A DNA stretch of 64,000 nt, from the NCBI RefSeq assembly GCF_006345805.1, contig NC_043005.1:71796001-71860000 (forward strand). Direction: 5' to 3'. Position 1 is the first letter of the stretch, and each line of letters opens with the position of its first letter. Source of the DNA: Octopus sinensis. Taxonomy: Eukaryota. The notes under the pieces were generated by a model. It saw nothing but the letters and a program-made list of their open reading frames with translations, was not told where the DNA came from and ran no database searches. A program made the position numbers and the translations under genes. Positions 48,502-62,490 of this stretch are shown one piece after another.

Positions 48502-49487
48502 ATATATTTATATGTAATTTTCTATGCATTTCCTTTTTCTATTGTGTAATGATGTATTAAGATAATTTTAGATGTGACAATGGCAACAATATAAAAGGGT
48601 TACCAACATCACGAATTTTAATAGAGTATATATATGCATGTGATGTATTATGTATATATCTGTCTATGTGTGTCTGTGTGTGTGTACATATATATATACA
48701 CACACACACACACATATGTATATACTGTGTATGTGAGTGTATGCATATGTGTAAATTTATATATATATATAAATGCAAACACACGCAAACACTCAGTAGA
48801 AGTTACTTAATATAATCATGGATAATGTTAGCAACGGTTATTCCTATTAAAAACGCTTTGCCCCAGTGTGATCACAATAAGCAGCTTCTACCATATACAC
48901 ACTTACACATGCATACAGACACTTATATGTATATATATATATGTAAACATACTTTTATGTATTTGGAATAAATGCAATTGTATTCAAGAAACACTGGATA
49001 TTCTGCTTTCTACCATTCTAGAAGAACCTTATATCATAGAGGGAAGGAATACAAACACAGGAAGCAGTATGATGCTCTCTCTCATTCACCACAAAACAAC
49101 GGAAAAGTGGGAAATTATAGAAAGAGTAAAAGAGTAGCGACAGTAATTGCAGTCTCATAGTGTAGTCACAGCCCCTTGAAGTGAAAGGCTAAAAAAAAAA
49201 AATGAACATACATATATTTGTGTGTGTGTATATATATGTATATATATATATATATTTTATATATATATATACATATATACATATATACGTATATGAATAT
49301 GTATATCTATATGTGTGTTACATATATATATGTATATATATATATATATGTATGTATATATATGTAAATATATATATGTATGTATATATATGTATATATA
49401 TATGTATGTATATATATCATCATCATCGTTGTTGATGATGATAATGATGATATATATATACATACATATATATACATATATATATAT

Positions 49488-49528
<41 letters not shown>

Positions 49529-50107
49529 ATGTATGGTGTATTTGTTTGTCTTTCTAGGTATCTATTTATCTACATGTATCTACATATCTATCTATGTATA
49601 TAATATTTTGAGAATTGTTATTTGAAAAAGAGTCAATCATTAGGCTAAGAGAGTTAAGTCTTTTAAACATCATTTGTTTTGTATTTATTTGTATATTTTA
49701 TGGAGACTTTATCATTAAATGAAGTAATTTAGAACTTTTTACTTACCATTATTATTATTATTTCTTTTATTGATATTTTTTTCTTTCATTTTTATCATTT
49801 TCATTATTCTTTTTTTTTTGTTTTTGTTCTGACACTTTTGAAGTAAATTCAGGAAAATGAGAAAAAAATAAACAATTATCCAAAATTCAAAGAATAATTC
49901 AAAATTAGTAATTGATTTTGTTTTTGTTTTTTTTAATAAGCAAAAGCAAAGAAAAAGAAACAATTAATACTTACCAATAAATGTTATTGAAGAAAAGAAA
50001 AACAAATAATAATTAAGAGACTATAAAAAAATTAACTTTGCAATAATATATTGGGGAAAATTTGACATAATTTTTTTTTTGCTTTATAACTTATATATAT
50101 ATATATT

Positions 50108-50138
<31 letters not shown>

Positions 50139-50339
50139 TATATATATACACATACACACACACATACACACAAACACATACATATATATATGAGTGATAG
50201 ACATATAGAGATGTATGTGTGTGTGTCTGTATGTATGTATAAATACATACTTATATACATATATGTATATATGCATATATATATGTGTATATATATATAT
50301 ATATATACACACATATATACACATAGTTGTTGCATACAT

Positions 50340-50381
<42 letters not shown>

Positions 50382-51026
50382 ACATGGTTGTTACATATAT
50401 ATATATATATATATAGACATATAAATGTAACTACGTGTATTATGTGTGCGTGTGTGTTGTGTGCAGCCAAAGTGCCACCTTACCATTCCTGTTTTTGAAG
50501 ATAAACCATTTTCATTAAATCAATACAGTCATTGTATAAAAACAGATGCTGAATTATTTCTGTTGGTGATTTAAATTCACACCTGTGCACATAGAGCTGC
50601 CTGAAAAACGTCAGAAACATCTTGTAAAAATATATAATTTCAGTTCAGTATGTTAAGCTAATGAGGGGGCTACTATACAGGCACTCATACTGCTGGAAAT
50701 AACACCCAGGTCATTCTCAAATTGGAGAAAGATGCATTTGATGATGCATCTTTGATATGCAGTGATCATGAGAATGACAGTCAGAGGTAAAATATCTTTG
50801 AGAATAGGTCTGCTCAACCAGGGCTGACCTGGGGCTAAACAAGGCTATGAAAAAAGTGCAAAATCATTTAAGTACGGGACAAAATACTTTGTTTTATTTC
50901 TCTGCATGTTGAATTCAAATCCCATGAAGATGAAGTTAATCTTTTATTTCTTTAGATCTAAAAATATTGCTTGCCAGGAGACTAAGGGTGGGGGCTACCC
51001 GTAACTACAATGCTATCATTCCAAAG

Positions 51027-51279
51027 CAGTGTTCTTCAGCCATTTTTTACTTTTGGACCCCTTGGTTCCGATTTTATTCTACTGCAACCCCATAGCCATT
51101 TGATGTTAAAAAGAGCCTATAATATTTTTAGAATTAAATATTATTAGGAAATGAATAAAAAATTGTAAAATTATTTTGTGTATCATAGTAGTATAATCAA
51201 ATTACTACATACAAATTTTAACAGCAAAATCTTATATGAGCCCCCAAGTGTCATATGGCCCCCAGTTTAAAAACCATTG
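51027..51279. mobile_element. hAT (Charlie-like) MITE
   Basis: Termini cagtgttcttcagcc / gtttaaaaaccattg; 8-bp flanks ttccaaag / gcccagag (5/8 match). Confidence 0.7.
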
Positions 51280-51618
51280 GCCCAGAGCAATTAATTGGTT
51301 GAACCACTAGAAAACTGGATAAGTTTCAGTTATGATGCTTTGCATTGTGAATTATTAGGTGGTGAGATTGATCTGTCATTCAGTTTAATCAAGACTGACT
51401 CTTTGGAAAATACCCAGCAAGTCCTTGGGTACTCTTAAAAAGAAGATTATTTTGTTGCAATTATTCAAGCTGGGTCTCTAGTTTAAGAATAACTGTCTCA
51501 GTTCTGCTTGCCAATCTAGCAGGCCTTGAAAATAAGGATCAGGTCTTTGCCTTCCCACTCCTAATAAAACAGAAAGTGGTAGCTATTAAATAAATAGATA
51601 GACAGATAAACAGAGAGA

Positions 51619-51619
51619 C

Positions 51620-51680
<61 letters not shown>
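51619..51680. repeat. (GATA)n microsatellite
   Basis: Direct reading. Confidence 0.95.
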
Positions 51681-51682
<2 letters not shown>

Positions 51683-51689
51683 GTTTTTT

Positions 51690-51832
51690 TAAAAGCCTTA
51701 TACTTATTCTATTAGTTGCTTTTGTCAATCTGCTAAGTTACAGGAATATAAACAAACCAGCTGCTGTTGTCAAGCGGTGGTAGGGGACAAACACATGCAC
51801 AAAGACACACTTGCATGCATGTGTATATATAT
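51690..51832 (-). mobile_element. SINE family A, internal 3'-half fragment, older
   Basis: tacttattctattag..ctgctaagttacagg..gttgtcaagcggtggtaggggacaaacac. Confidence 0.7.
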
Positions 51833-52099
51833 CTGAAAGAAGCCTGTCGTATATATGTATATATATATAAGTGTGTGTTCCCCTGTGTTTGTTCCCCTAG
51901 CATTGCTTGACAACCGATGCTGGTGTGTTTACGTCCCCGTCACTTAGCGGTTCGACAAAAGAGACCGATAGAATAAGTACTGGGCTTACAAAAAAGAATA
52001 AGTCCCGGGGTCGATTTGCTCGACTAAAGGCGGTGCTCCAGCATGGCCGCAGTCAAATGACTGAAACAAGTAAAAAAAAAAAAAAAAAAAAAAAAGAGT
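51833..52099 (+). mobile_element. SINE family A, 5'-truncated young copy with ~24-nt A tail
   Basis: Consensus-like 3' half with intact CpGs. Confidence 0.92.
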
Positions 52100-52148
52100 A
52101 TATATATATATATATATATACACACTTGTGTGTGTGTGCGTGTGTATA

Positions 52149-52933
52149 CCATAAAAACCCATGTAATTTACACATTTTTTTTTCAGAAAAATAGTAATAA
52201 ACTTCAGGGGTGCATAAATTACATGAGCAGATAATTTCCAGAATTCTTTAAGAAATTTGTTTGTTGTTGGAAAAAAACGTAGAAAACAACCATTCGTCAA
52301 AATAGGTTTTTACAGAAAAAATAAAAGTTTAAATATAATGAAATTGACTTTTATTTATGCTGGACGGTATAATGCATAAATTTGTGTATTATACCGTCTT
52401 TCTACATAATTTTAGTTAACTCTCTCTGCATAAATAATAATAAACTCTTTCTGCATAAATTTAGTAAAACCATTAATGTTTATTGGTAATTAAACTTAAT
52501 TTGCAACACCTGTGCGTATTTATCAGTTTTGTTTTTGTTGAAAATTTCTTATCAACAACTTTCCTGTGATCGTGATTTGAGAAGACACACAGCAGTATGC
52601 TAAAGATTGGACATAACCTCTTGTGGTCAAGAAATATAAAATAAAGTTTATTATAAATAACACAAGCACTTTGTAATTTAATAGCTTTTAATGTGGTACC
52701 TGTTAAATAGAAATTATTCTTATTTGATGAAAATTTAATAAAATCTAATCATAAGTATGTGAAATTATGCTAAATGCAACTAAATTGAGAACCTTTTCTT
52801 CCTGGCCATATTAGCAATTTTGAAAACTTTTGGGTCCAAATTTTGCATGAGTAGAAACTTTTTTAAACAATTTTTATCCTGAAAATCACCCGCATAAATT
52901 ACACAGATGCACAAATTACATGGGTTTTTATGG
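52149..52933. mobile_element. Non-autonomous Tc1/mariner-pogo-type TIR element (785 bp)
   Basis: Perfect 21-bp TIR ccataaaaacccatgtaattt (52149-52169) / aaattacatgggtttttatgg (52913-52933); TA on the left, TG on the right. Confidence 0.85.
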
Positions 52934-55293
52934 TGTGTATATGTGTGTGTGTGTGTGTTTACAGGTACACACCCACACATATAGTTAAGTGAGTTTCAGA
53001 TAAAAAAAAATTGTAGAAGGCTGTGTAAATCTTGTCCACAGTTATTGGCTAGCTGCTGTCATCATACAGTGGAAATGTACATGCTACTGGATATACTTGA
53101 GGAATTGTATAGTGTCCATAGTATTTATATAGTTAGATCAAAGACAGAAAATAGAATCATCATACAACAATTCACCTCTGAACACTTTCAAGAATGTCCC
53201 GAAACAATTGTAGTGGTTTTGAATAAAGAATCTTGTTAATTCCACTTTCCGTCTTTGATCTATAAATATTTCTAAGATTTATTAAATATTTCAGGGTACT
53301 TGGTAAGGAACTTTTGGCTATTACATGTGACATATTGGGTTAGTAGTTTCTTAGAAGTACATTGTAAAACCCCATTTATAGCTCAGAGTTTCTAACGTGC
53401 TATTTCTTTGAGAAACAGAATGAAATTGTTTGATTTTCATATCTCTCTGAATGGACATTAGCAATATAGAAGGAGTTTTAGTGCTTCAACATGTTCTTAG
53501 TTTCCCAGGAATTTAGTTCAAATTGTATGCTGCGAATAGCACTATTTCAGTATATTATGGACACTAAACTACCCTAAAATATTTATGCATGCAATACTAT
53601 CAGAAATATATTGACAATTGGAAGGTGCTGATGATTGTAAGTTGATGGCCTTCAGTAGAGTAAAATGGACAAAAGAAATAAAGAAATTGTAGACAGCAAC
53701 CACTTTACAAATAGACAAGCAACAACCTTGAATTCATCAAATGATATTTAAGAGGAAACCAAGTACCATTCTTTGATATGTGACATAGCAATGAATGTAT
53801 ATCTAGTCCAGCATATAGTAATGAAATGTTCTATAAAGTTTGACGATGTAATGTATTTGCACAGAATTTATGCCTCCAGTGTGATTGCACAGAATTCCTG
53901 CTTCTAATATTAATTGTGTGAGAGCTCTTTGAAGAAAGAGGGAGAGAGGGAGAGAGAAAAAAAAGGGGAATGAGATAGGGGAAGAAAAGAGAAAGGCGAT
54001 AAAGGAAGTGAATTAACAGTCACAACATTAACTTTCAGTTGATCTGACTTGGTTTTACAAGGTTTTGCATATTAGCAATACCATGCTGAGTGCATTGAAA
54101 CAAGGAATGTTTCTACCCATATTAATAAGGTAAACTTGAATATTTCTTTATTAAAGGAATATCATATTCTAAAACAACAATATATGCCATGTAGAGGTAA
54201 AATGGCAGTGTATATCTATGTGTGTGTGTGTGTGGTAGTTATCAGCACTATCAATCCCTAGTTTGTGAGTTCAGATTTGCTGCAGGCAGTATATTAGAAT
54301 TCTGGGGTACTTATTACTTCATACTTCATACTTAAAATTGATTAGCTGTGGGAAATCATCTCAGAGCCTTACCTGCCATAAACTAGTGTCCTATACTGAG
54401 AACGTTTTATTTCTCCTTAATTTTCCATGCTATGAACCAGAGCTATGAATTGCTTCAGGAGTCCTACTTGGATGTCTGGTTTTAATGCTGTCAGTCATTA
54501 GACAATGGTTATACAGACATTATCAAACGCAGGGTTTGTAGTATCTAATACAATAATTCTAAGAAAAATCACTCCAGCAACACAGTAGCAGCCAGCAAGA
54601 ATGCTGGGTGCTTTTGGACCTTTCTGGGTCTTTTCAATGATGTGTTCTTGCAGCTGGTCACATACTTGGATGAGAATTTGCTGCTACAGGGGTGGTTTTT
54701 CATCACCCTCCAATATTTATTGTTTTTTGACCCTGCAGGTCTACGCGAGATATTATCTTAGGACAGATACTGCAGTGACTTGCCTATCAACAATCTATGT
54801 ACATTGAGTATGATACATAACTGTTATTTTTATGTAATACTGCTCAACTGCACACACCTGATTTTTTATTCAGCCAGAAGGCTATTCACAAAATCAGCAA
54901 ATAATATCTTCACTATTTTCTATATCTGGGTTACAAATTCTTATTCAAGCTTGTGGCTCACTGCAAGTATACACCATTGAAAAGGCTCAAAAGGGCTGAA
55001 ATACAACTGGCATTCTTACAGCTGCAGTCAGAGGGAATGCCAGACATCTCCAATAACTATTGTGTTTTTAATACAGCATGTCCTTAACAGATGTTATCTC
55101 AGGACAAATACTGGAGTAACTGGCCTATATACAGTGATTATACATAACTGGATGTTTATATACCAGTGTATGTGTGAGATGGAGTGTATTGCATGACAAA
55201 GCTTTGAAGAAATCTTCATGCATTTAATTGATCTTCAAGAAATATCAACCAAATCTCCCTCAGACCATATCCCATACCATACTTAAAACCACT

Positions 55294-55517
55294 TTAACCC
55301 TTTAGTTTTCAGATTATTCTTCAAATGTAATACTTAGTTATTCACATCTATTTGAATTAGTCACGCATTATTTTGTAACGTTGAGATTTCAATGACATTA
55401 TTATTTATTTCTAGAATAATATTATAAGGTAAGTGTGAGAAGCCAGATATGGCCGGTTTGAATATAAAATTGGTAGAATATATCACCCTGATATGGTTGG
55501 TTAAATAAAAAAGGATA
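55294..55517. mobile_element. piggyBac-like MITE
   Basis: TTAA|CCCTTTAG left end; right end degraded (ggttggttaaataaaaaagga). Confidence 0.45.
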
Positions 55518-55604
55518 CATTAGACAAAATATGTTTTAATATACAAAGCGATGTTACAGTTTCCGTAGGCATACCTTCAGTCATAAATCTTTTTCATCGG
55601 GATT

Positions 55605-55710
55605 ATTATTTCTTTATTGCCCACAAGGGGCTAAACACAGAGGGGACAAACAAGGACAGGCAAAGGGATTAAGTCGATTACATCGACCCCAGTGTGTAAC
55701 TGGTACTTAA
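55605..55710 (-). mobile_element. SINE family B, 5'-truncated, tail type 1
   Basis: tttctttattgcccacaagggg..gattacatcgaccccagtgtgtaactggtac. Confidence 0.85.
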
Positions 55711-56489
55711 GATCTTTTTGATCGGGATTGACATGGAAACAAATAACAACAGTCAGTGGCAAGCGTGTATATTTCTTAAGTGGTTAATGTAGTTTGAAGT
55801 TCTGAGCTCCAAATAATTCATAACCCTAAAACCATTTTGTTGCGCTTTCTCTAGAATCAGTTCATGACAGATAACATAGTCTTTGGCATTGCCATAATGA
55901 AACCAACATGCTTTATATGAGTATATTAATTAAAATTATATACTTGGTTTATAAATAGTGCAGAGAGCTTGAAATAGAATGAAAGAGTGAACATTAGCAA
56001 AATAATCTCAATATATACTGCCTTGGATTAGATGTTTAATACAAAGGATGAATCAATGAGTGATCTGACATTGAACTCGATGTTTTCATTAATAAAGAGG
56101 ATATTTTTGCCATTTATGTTTTATCTCTTTTTTTTTTTTAATGTTGGGATAATATTGAGAGTAATGTTTAAGGATATTAGTTATCATTCTGTATATTTCT
56201 ATAGAACTCCCTTATGAAGCAAGTTTCAGCTTTACTCTTCCTTTTGATATTACAGATGAAATAACGACAACAACAACTGTAAAAAACAAAAAAAAAATAA
56301 GTTCATCGGGAAAATATATACAATAAAGGAATTCTAACAAAAATTTGGCATTCTGCCTATAGCCCTTTCAGTCTTTGAACAATTACATTACTTCAATCAA
56401 TAATGGAACAGGTGAAAGCCAAATAAGGAATGAATTCAGAGACATATAATAGACACAAAATTATCATTATCATCTTCATTATTATTATT

Positions 56490-56541
<52 letters not shown>

Positions 56542-58213
56542 CATACACACACATATATACATATGCACATACACCCACACTCATATTATATTATATTTCT
56601 TTTTTTCAAATATTTCCAAATTCTTTGATTAGTGTCTGAATCATTAAAATGTTGCACTAATGACTCTGAGTCAAAGGTCAAGAGTTCAAATAGTGCCAGA
56701 GACAAAAAAAAAAAATGGTTACAATCTTTCAAAAGAAATATTCAGTAGTCTACAATAAATGGTCTTTATAAAAAAATTCTCTGACAGTTTCATCATAGTT
56801 TATTTTTCATGGTTTGGTAAAAGATATTCAGGGCAGCACATACACCAAATTAGGTGTATTTTAGAACATTTTGATTTCTCTTTAGTGTTTAATTTTTAAG
56901 TACTTTTCTTTCTCTTTTATCTTGCTATTTATTCTGATGAAAAGTTAGGAACTTCTAAAAGATTTGAAACATTCAGGAATTACTGAACTCAAGCATTTTT
57001 CTTGAGATTTGTTTTGAACTGAATCACTTAACTGTAAAATACAAGAGGTGCTAAGTGAAATAAATGTTTGAAAAGGAGAAAAAAAATTAAGTAATGCAAG
57101 TAAGGAATTAAGCAAAGTATGTAAGATTGCCGACATCTACCAAATTGCCAGCCTTGTGCCAAAATTTGAAGCCAATATATTATGGATAGTTCCCCGTTTT
57201 TAGATAGCTGAAAGTAATCAAAGTGTTTGTACAAATGCATTGTTATCAGCAGGCCCTTCTAATGTGTTAAAAGCTACTAATATTCTGCAAAAAGTTAACT
57301 AAGAAGAAATAAATTTATCATAATAAGGCATACAGCATTTCTCTTAGAGACCGTCAATCTGAACACATGTTCTTTCTCCAAGCAAAGACATTTGTTTCAT
57401 TTCATCAATCTACTTTACTTGCTAACACGGACCATCATTGGTTCTCTCCAATTCTACGGTTTTCCTAATATTATTAGCCATCAAGAGCCAGTAAAGTAAA
57501 GTGCCTGTTAAGGGCAGTGAATTGGAAGAATTATTAGAGTACACATATAGATACCTTGCAGTACTTCTTCTGGTTCATTGCATTCTGAGTTCTTGGGCAA
57601 TGTTCTCTATCCATTACCTGGTTTGATACTCATTTTATTCTGGTTTAAGGATATTTTCCTCCTTTCTGTTCTCCTGTCTTGAAGACCCTAAAATACAGAA
57701 TAGTTATGGGCATTGCCATTTCTTCCTTACTAAGCCATAGAAAAACAAAATGTTCATTTGAGTAATGTTAATATATTTAATTCAAGGTGTATTAAAAAAC
57801 TAATTAGAAATAAATATATGGTGAGAAAAAAGAAAACACTTATTAATGACTAATGATATTTTCATTTTTCTTTTGGCAAGTGTAGGAGATAACTCAGAAC
57901 ATATTTTGGTTTTATTCTGACCTCATCAGAAAAACACAGCTTTCACCAGTATAGTGGTGATAGAGTCAGTAGGTCAACGGTCAAGATTGTAAACAGTATT
58001 TTGTAAAGGATAACAGAATTATCAGGATGATAAATAAACTAGAGAATCCATCTACATGAAAGACAATAGGCAAGTTTATGTTAACATATTTAATGTATGA
58101 AGCATTTAAAAGCTAACTAAAGATATTTATGAGGTAAAAAGCAATAGAAGTAAATGTGCTGTCAAAGTCAACAGGATATAGGACATGCCACAAAAGTTCC
58201 ATAATCTATTGAA

Positions 58214-58248
<35 letters not shown>

Positions 58249-58430
58249 GTGTGTCTCAGCATCTTTCAACTTATAGACATGCATCACAGACTTTAAAAAG
58301 AGATTTTCACTTTGAACAATTTATGAAGGTATGTGCATGATTAAGAAATATTTTTCTCACTCCAACCACTCCGAGAGTGTAGTGGGTACATTTTATGTGC
58401 CACCAGCATGGGACCAGTCAAACGGCACAA

Positions 58431-58791
58431 TCTTTTACTTGTTTCAACTGTTAGACTGTGGCCAGCTGGGGCACTGCCTTGAAGGAGTTTAAGTCAAATG
58501 AATCGACCCCTGTACATTTCTTGCTTTGAATCCTGGTACATATTCTATCGGTCACTTTTGCCAAACCATTAAGTTATGAAAAACACACCAACACTGGTTG
58601 TTGAGCAGTGGTAAGAGACAAACAAACACACACACTCATATACAATTGGATTATTTCAGTTTCCTTCTACCAAATCCACCCACAAGACTTTGGTTGGCCC
58701 AAAGCTATAGTAGAAGACACCTGCCCAAGGTTCCACACAGTGGGACTGAACCCAGAACCGTGTGGCTGTGAAGCAAGCTTCTTACCACACA
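58431..58791 (-). mobile_element. SINE family A, moderately diverged
   Basis: tcttttacttgtttc..ctatagtagaagacacctgcccaagg..gggactgaacccagaacc. Confidence 0.85.
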
Positions 58792-60173
58792 AATACAAAA
58801 CATTTATTGCTCAAAATAGTTTGATTCAGTAACTTGCAACCTAAACTTTTGTTGGCTCATGACAGGAACCCAGCTCCCTGGGATGAGATGGCCATATGGA
58901 GAGCTGTGGAAAATCTAGATGGCTGCTAGAACTTTGGCTGCAATTGGTCAATGTGGGTCACATGATGTTGCTGGCATTACAGCAACACCAAAGCCCTCTC
59001 AATTTCTCTTATATAAAGAGTGAAGCTGTCAAAAGCCAAATGAATTTAGGACATGCAAGCTAAATGTCTGTCAGGTTTATCATGTCACAGGTGTTTAGTG
59101 TACCCGAGTTAGCTTTTAATGGCCTAGGCTGGAAACAAACATTATGTAAAAGTTAAATTTTATTAATCTTAATCCATACTTTACATTTGGTAAATTAGTT
59201 TGAAGTGCTCATTTAAAAGCCTCGTATTGCTGTAGCTTTTAATAGGATGGACAGTTTCAGACAGATTTGCCTGTAAAGAATTGTTAAGAAGATGAAAGTG
59301 TCCAGTGGCGCCACAAAGATGCAGCAGTTTGTGGTACACTTGCACTCTTTGCCATGCAATGCTTGTGCTAAATATTGAACTTATGACCTTTGTGAATGTT
59401 TGAGAATGTGAACAGACAGTCTTGCAAATAAATACTTACAGCTTTATAACTATATAACCATGGAGTCATACTTCAGATTGGAAAGCCAGGTTCTGTCTGA
59501 CCAGGAACAGTTAATCAATAAAGGGAATGGGATAAAAAGGTAGTATTTTAACGAGGGGGTTTTGTTTCCATAGAGAAAGAAAGTGAATGAAAGAGAGCAG
59601 GAGACATAGAGAGAGGAAGAGAGAGAGAGAAAGAGAAGGCAAAGAGTGAAAGGGAGACTTGCTTGTTGCCAATATGTGACGTCTTATTTGAATAACACCG
59701 TTCTGAGTTTCTCCTCTGTATTAAGTTATTTACAACAATAATCATATTAAGTCATTGATTTGAGAAATTATGTGCATTGTGGAACAATGCAGAGACTTTA
59801 TCAGTCGAGAGATTTGGCACAAGAACCAGACAGTTACTTCGGCAAATAGAAATGGAAACATTCTTCATTGAGATGTAAGGAAAAGTTATAACACACACAC
59901 ACAAAAAAAAAAAAAAAAAATCTGATGAATCTTATATTAATCAATAGATTCTTACTAATTTTAAAATGAGATACTTTCTATTTTAAAAATGCCATTTCTC
60001 ACAATCTATACTGCATTTATTAAATTTCACATATATAATTACTATTATTTTTACATTCTCATGCACACACATACACACACACATAAGCACATACACACAC
60101 ACATTCACATACACACACAAACACTCACACCCACATTCACACATATATGCATGCACATACACATGCACTCTCA

Positions 60174-60333
60174 GCAGTGAATTGACAGAATCATTTGAGC
60201 GTCTGACAAAACACTTGTCATATTCAGTTATGGTCCTCTATGTTCTTAGTTCAAATCCAGCCATGATCAACTTTGACTTTCACCATTCCTGAGCTAATAA
60301 AATAAAGTGTCAGTCAAATACTGGGGCTGACTC
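60174..60333 (+). mobile_element. SINE family B, old copy
   Basis: gacagaatcattt..ttcttagttcaaatccagcc..aataaaataaagtgtcagtcaaatactgggg. Confidence 0.6.
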
Positions 60334-61728
60334 CTCTAATATAGCTTAAATGAGAGTGAAATTATAACAACAGACAAGAAAACACACACACACATACATC
60401 AATATAGAGAGTTTTTTACCAAATGCTACAAAGTTTATGATTCAGTATTTTTGTTGGGGAAATTTAAGGCATAAAACAACAAATAGAGGACAAATCTCAT
60501 CTTGATTGTAATGCTTTTTCAGCACCACCTCAAATATGAAACAAATTATCTTAGAGCTATTGAAACAAAGTTGGTTGTCAGGAATCTATTGAATTATATT
60601 CTAAGTTTTTGATCATAAATGTAGTACGGGTCTGATATAAAAATGTCCAGCATAGATGTGTTGAAGATTTTGCATGTAAGATTTAGGGATAAATAGTGAT
60701 ATCATATGTTTAGTAATATGTGCCATAGTGTCGTTATTAGAAATATCAGTGAGAAGGTTAATATGATGAAACAAAAAAATATAGTGGTTCATAGTGAAGC
60801 TGGAAATACTTCAAAGTTGACAGAAAATATAAATGGGTGTTCTCAACCAGTTCATTTAAACAATTATGTTTCTCCACATATGTGAATGTAGCAACATTTA
60901 CATGCTTCATATCTTAGAATCTTCACATGTTTAACATCTCAACCCTAACAGGATGTTGCTCTGTACTACTCAACCCCTATTTGAAGACAGCCATGGTCAA
61001 TGAACACCCATAAAAATCTTATTAAATATGAAGATTTTCGAGAAAATTTTTTTGTTTTATTTCCAGTGAGTTTCTTTCCTTTTATTTCCTTTCCATTTTA
61101 GAGATTGTCATAAAAATGGAGTGTTAAATTGTAATGGTTTTTAATGTTCAAAAGGCTTTCTCTTTGTAGTTTTAAATAAAGAAGAAGATAGTTGAAAATA
61201 TTTTAGCTGTTGAAAGATTTCCAATAAAAAGGTTTTTAATAAAATTGGACGGGTTAGAGTGAATAGCAAAATTCTATTTCATTTTCATTTCTTGATTTCA
61301 AACTTTTAAAGACAAAAAGAAATTTTGGTGAAAAGAAAAATTAATGTTGAGACAAGATAATTTATGAATGATTGGATGAATTAATGGCAAAACTATGGAT
61401 GTTAGAGCAATGCGATAACATCAGAGTAGTCTGTTGTAAAAACATTACATCACTGTAGTCTGAAAATAATATAGTGCAGATATTTCGCAAAAAGAGAAGA
61501 TGGTTTAGTTATTAAGGTAACAGATGACCAACTGTGAGAGTGGTATTCAGTCATCATCACTACATTGAATTTTATAGCCAAAATGCTCACACATTTGTGG
61601 TTTAATCCCTTTTAACTTTAAGTAGGAACAGTAGATTATATTTTATTTATTTTGCTGACTTCCCTTGCCTACATTAGCACTATTGATGGGAGACTGTACA
61701 CGTTGGAGACCTGCTGTAGATGGTGGGT

Positions 61729-61989
61729 ATGGACTGAGTCAAGAGCTGAAAATTGTTATGGACTGACTCGAGAGCTGAAAACTGTTATGTACTGACTCAG
61801 GAGCTGAAAATTGCTATGTACTGACTCGAGAGCTGAAAACTGTTATGGACTGACTCAGGAGCTGAAAATTGCTATGTACTGACTCGAGAGCTGAAAACTG
61901 TTATGGACTGACTCAGGAGCTGAAAATTGCTATGTACTGACTCGAGAGCTGAAAACTGTTATGGACTGACTCGAGAGCTGCGAATCGTT
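61729..61989. repeat. 29-bp minisatellite, 9 copies, alternating as a 58-bp dimer
   Basis: Unit atg(g/t)actgactc(ga/ag)gagctgaaaa(c/t)tg(t/c)t at 61729 + 29n. Confidence 0.95.
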
Positions 61990-62047
61990 ACAGACCAGGA
62001 TTTTCCAAGGCCACCAAGAGTGCACCAGACACTGCCTAATATGCACA

Positions 62048-62262
62048 TCTTTTACTTGTCTGTCATTGGACTGTGGCCATACTGCGGCACCGTCTTGAAG
62101 GATTTATTTGAATAAATCCTTACCGATATTTACCTTAAGTCTGGTACTTATTCTAGCAGTCACTTTTGTTGACAAACCAAAAAGTTCCAGGGACATGAAC
62201 AAAGCAATGTTAGTCATTAAGCAGTATTAAGGGACAAATGCAAACACAAATGTACACGCATA
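62048..62262 (-). mobile_element. SINE family A, diverged 3' half
   Basis: tcttttacttgtctgtcattggactgtggccatactgcggcacc..tctggtacttattctag. Confidence 0.7.
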
Positions 62263-62399
62263 CATACATTATAATGGTGGTATTCTCATCAGATAAGCAT
62301 GACCAACACTGACAAGTTAAAGTGTTAAGTGTCAGCACAACACTATAATGACTCTCATTACCAATCCCAAGAAGCTCAGAGATGAACAAAGTACAAGAT

Positions 62400-62490
62400 A
62401 TCCAGCTCAGTAGAGCTGCAGGTTTTATATACGAGTTAGCCTTCTCCTAGAGGGATGCCTTAATAGAGACCAGGGGTCCCTCATTCCCAG
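62400..62490 (-). mobile_element. Possible RTE 5'-UTR relic
   Basis: Reverse complement ggcatccctctaggagaaggctaactc resembles the RTE leader motif ..CTAGGAGAAGGAAAACTC.. (from memory). Confidence 0.3.

Noticed and set aside
49747-50020. Two minus-strand segments each followed by GTAAGT (49975-50020 and 49747-49828)
   Set aside because: Low-complexity A/T sequence; joining them gives a premature stop, and GTAAGT occurs often by chance at this composition.
2675-50498. The many 60-260 aa ORFs rich in Y/I/H/T or V/C/M/Y (e.g. 8939-9406, 11291-11899, 24702-25109, 33393-34172)
   Set aside because: They are translations of TA/CA/TG microsatellites, which lack stop codons in several frames; overlapping ORFs on both strands and no splice or domain evidence.
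60931-61264. Possible piggyBac-like MITE (ttaacatctcaaccc / gggttagagtgaa)
   Set aside because: Terminal match too degenerate and right TTAA absent.
61729-61989. CRISPR-like appearance of the 29-bp array
   Set aside because: Units are contiguous with no unique spacers, the context is eukaryotic, and there are no cas genes.
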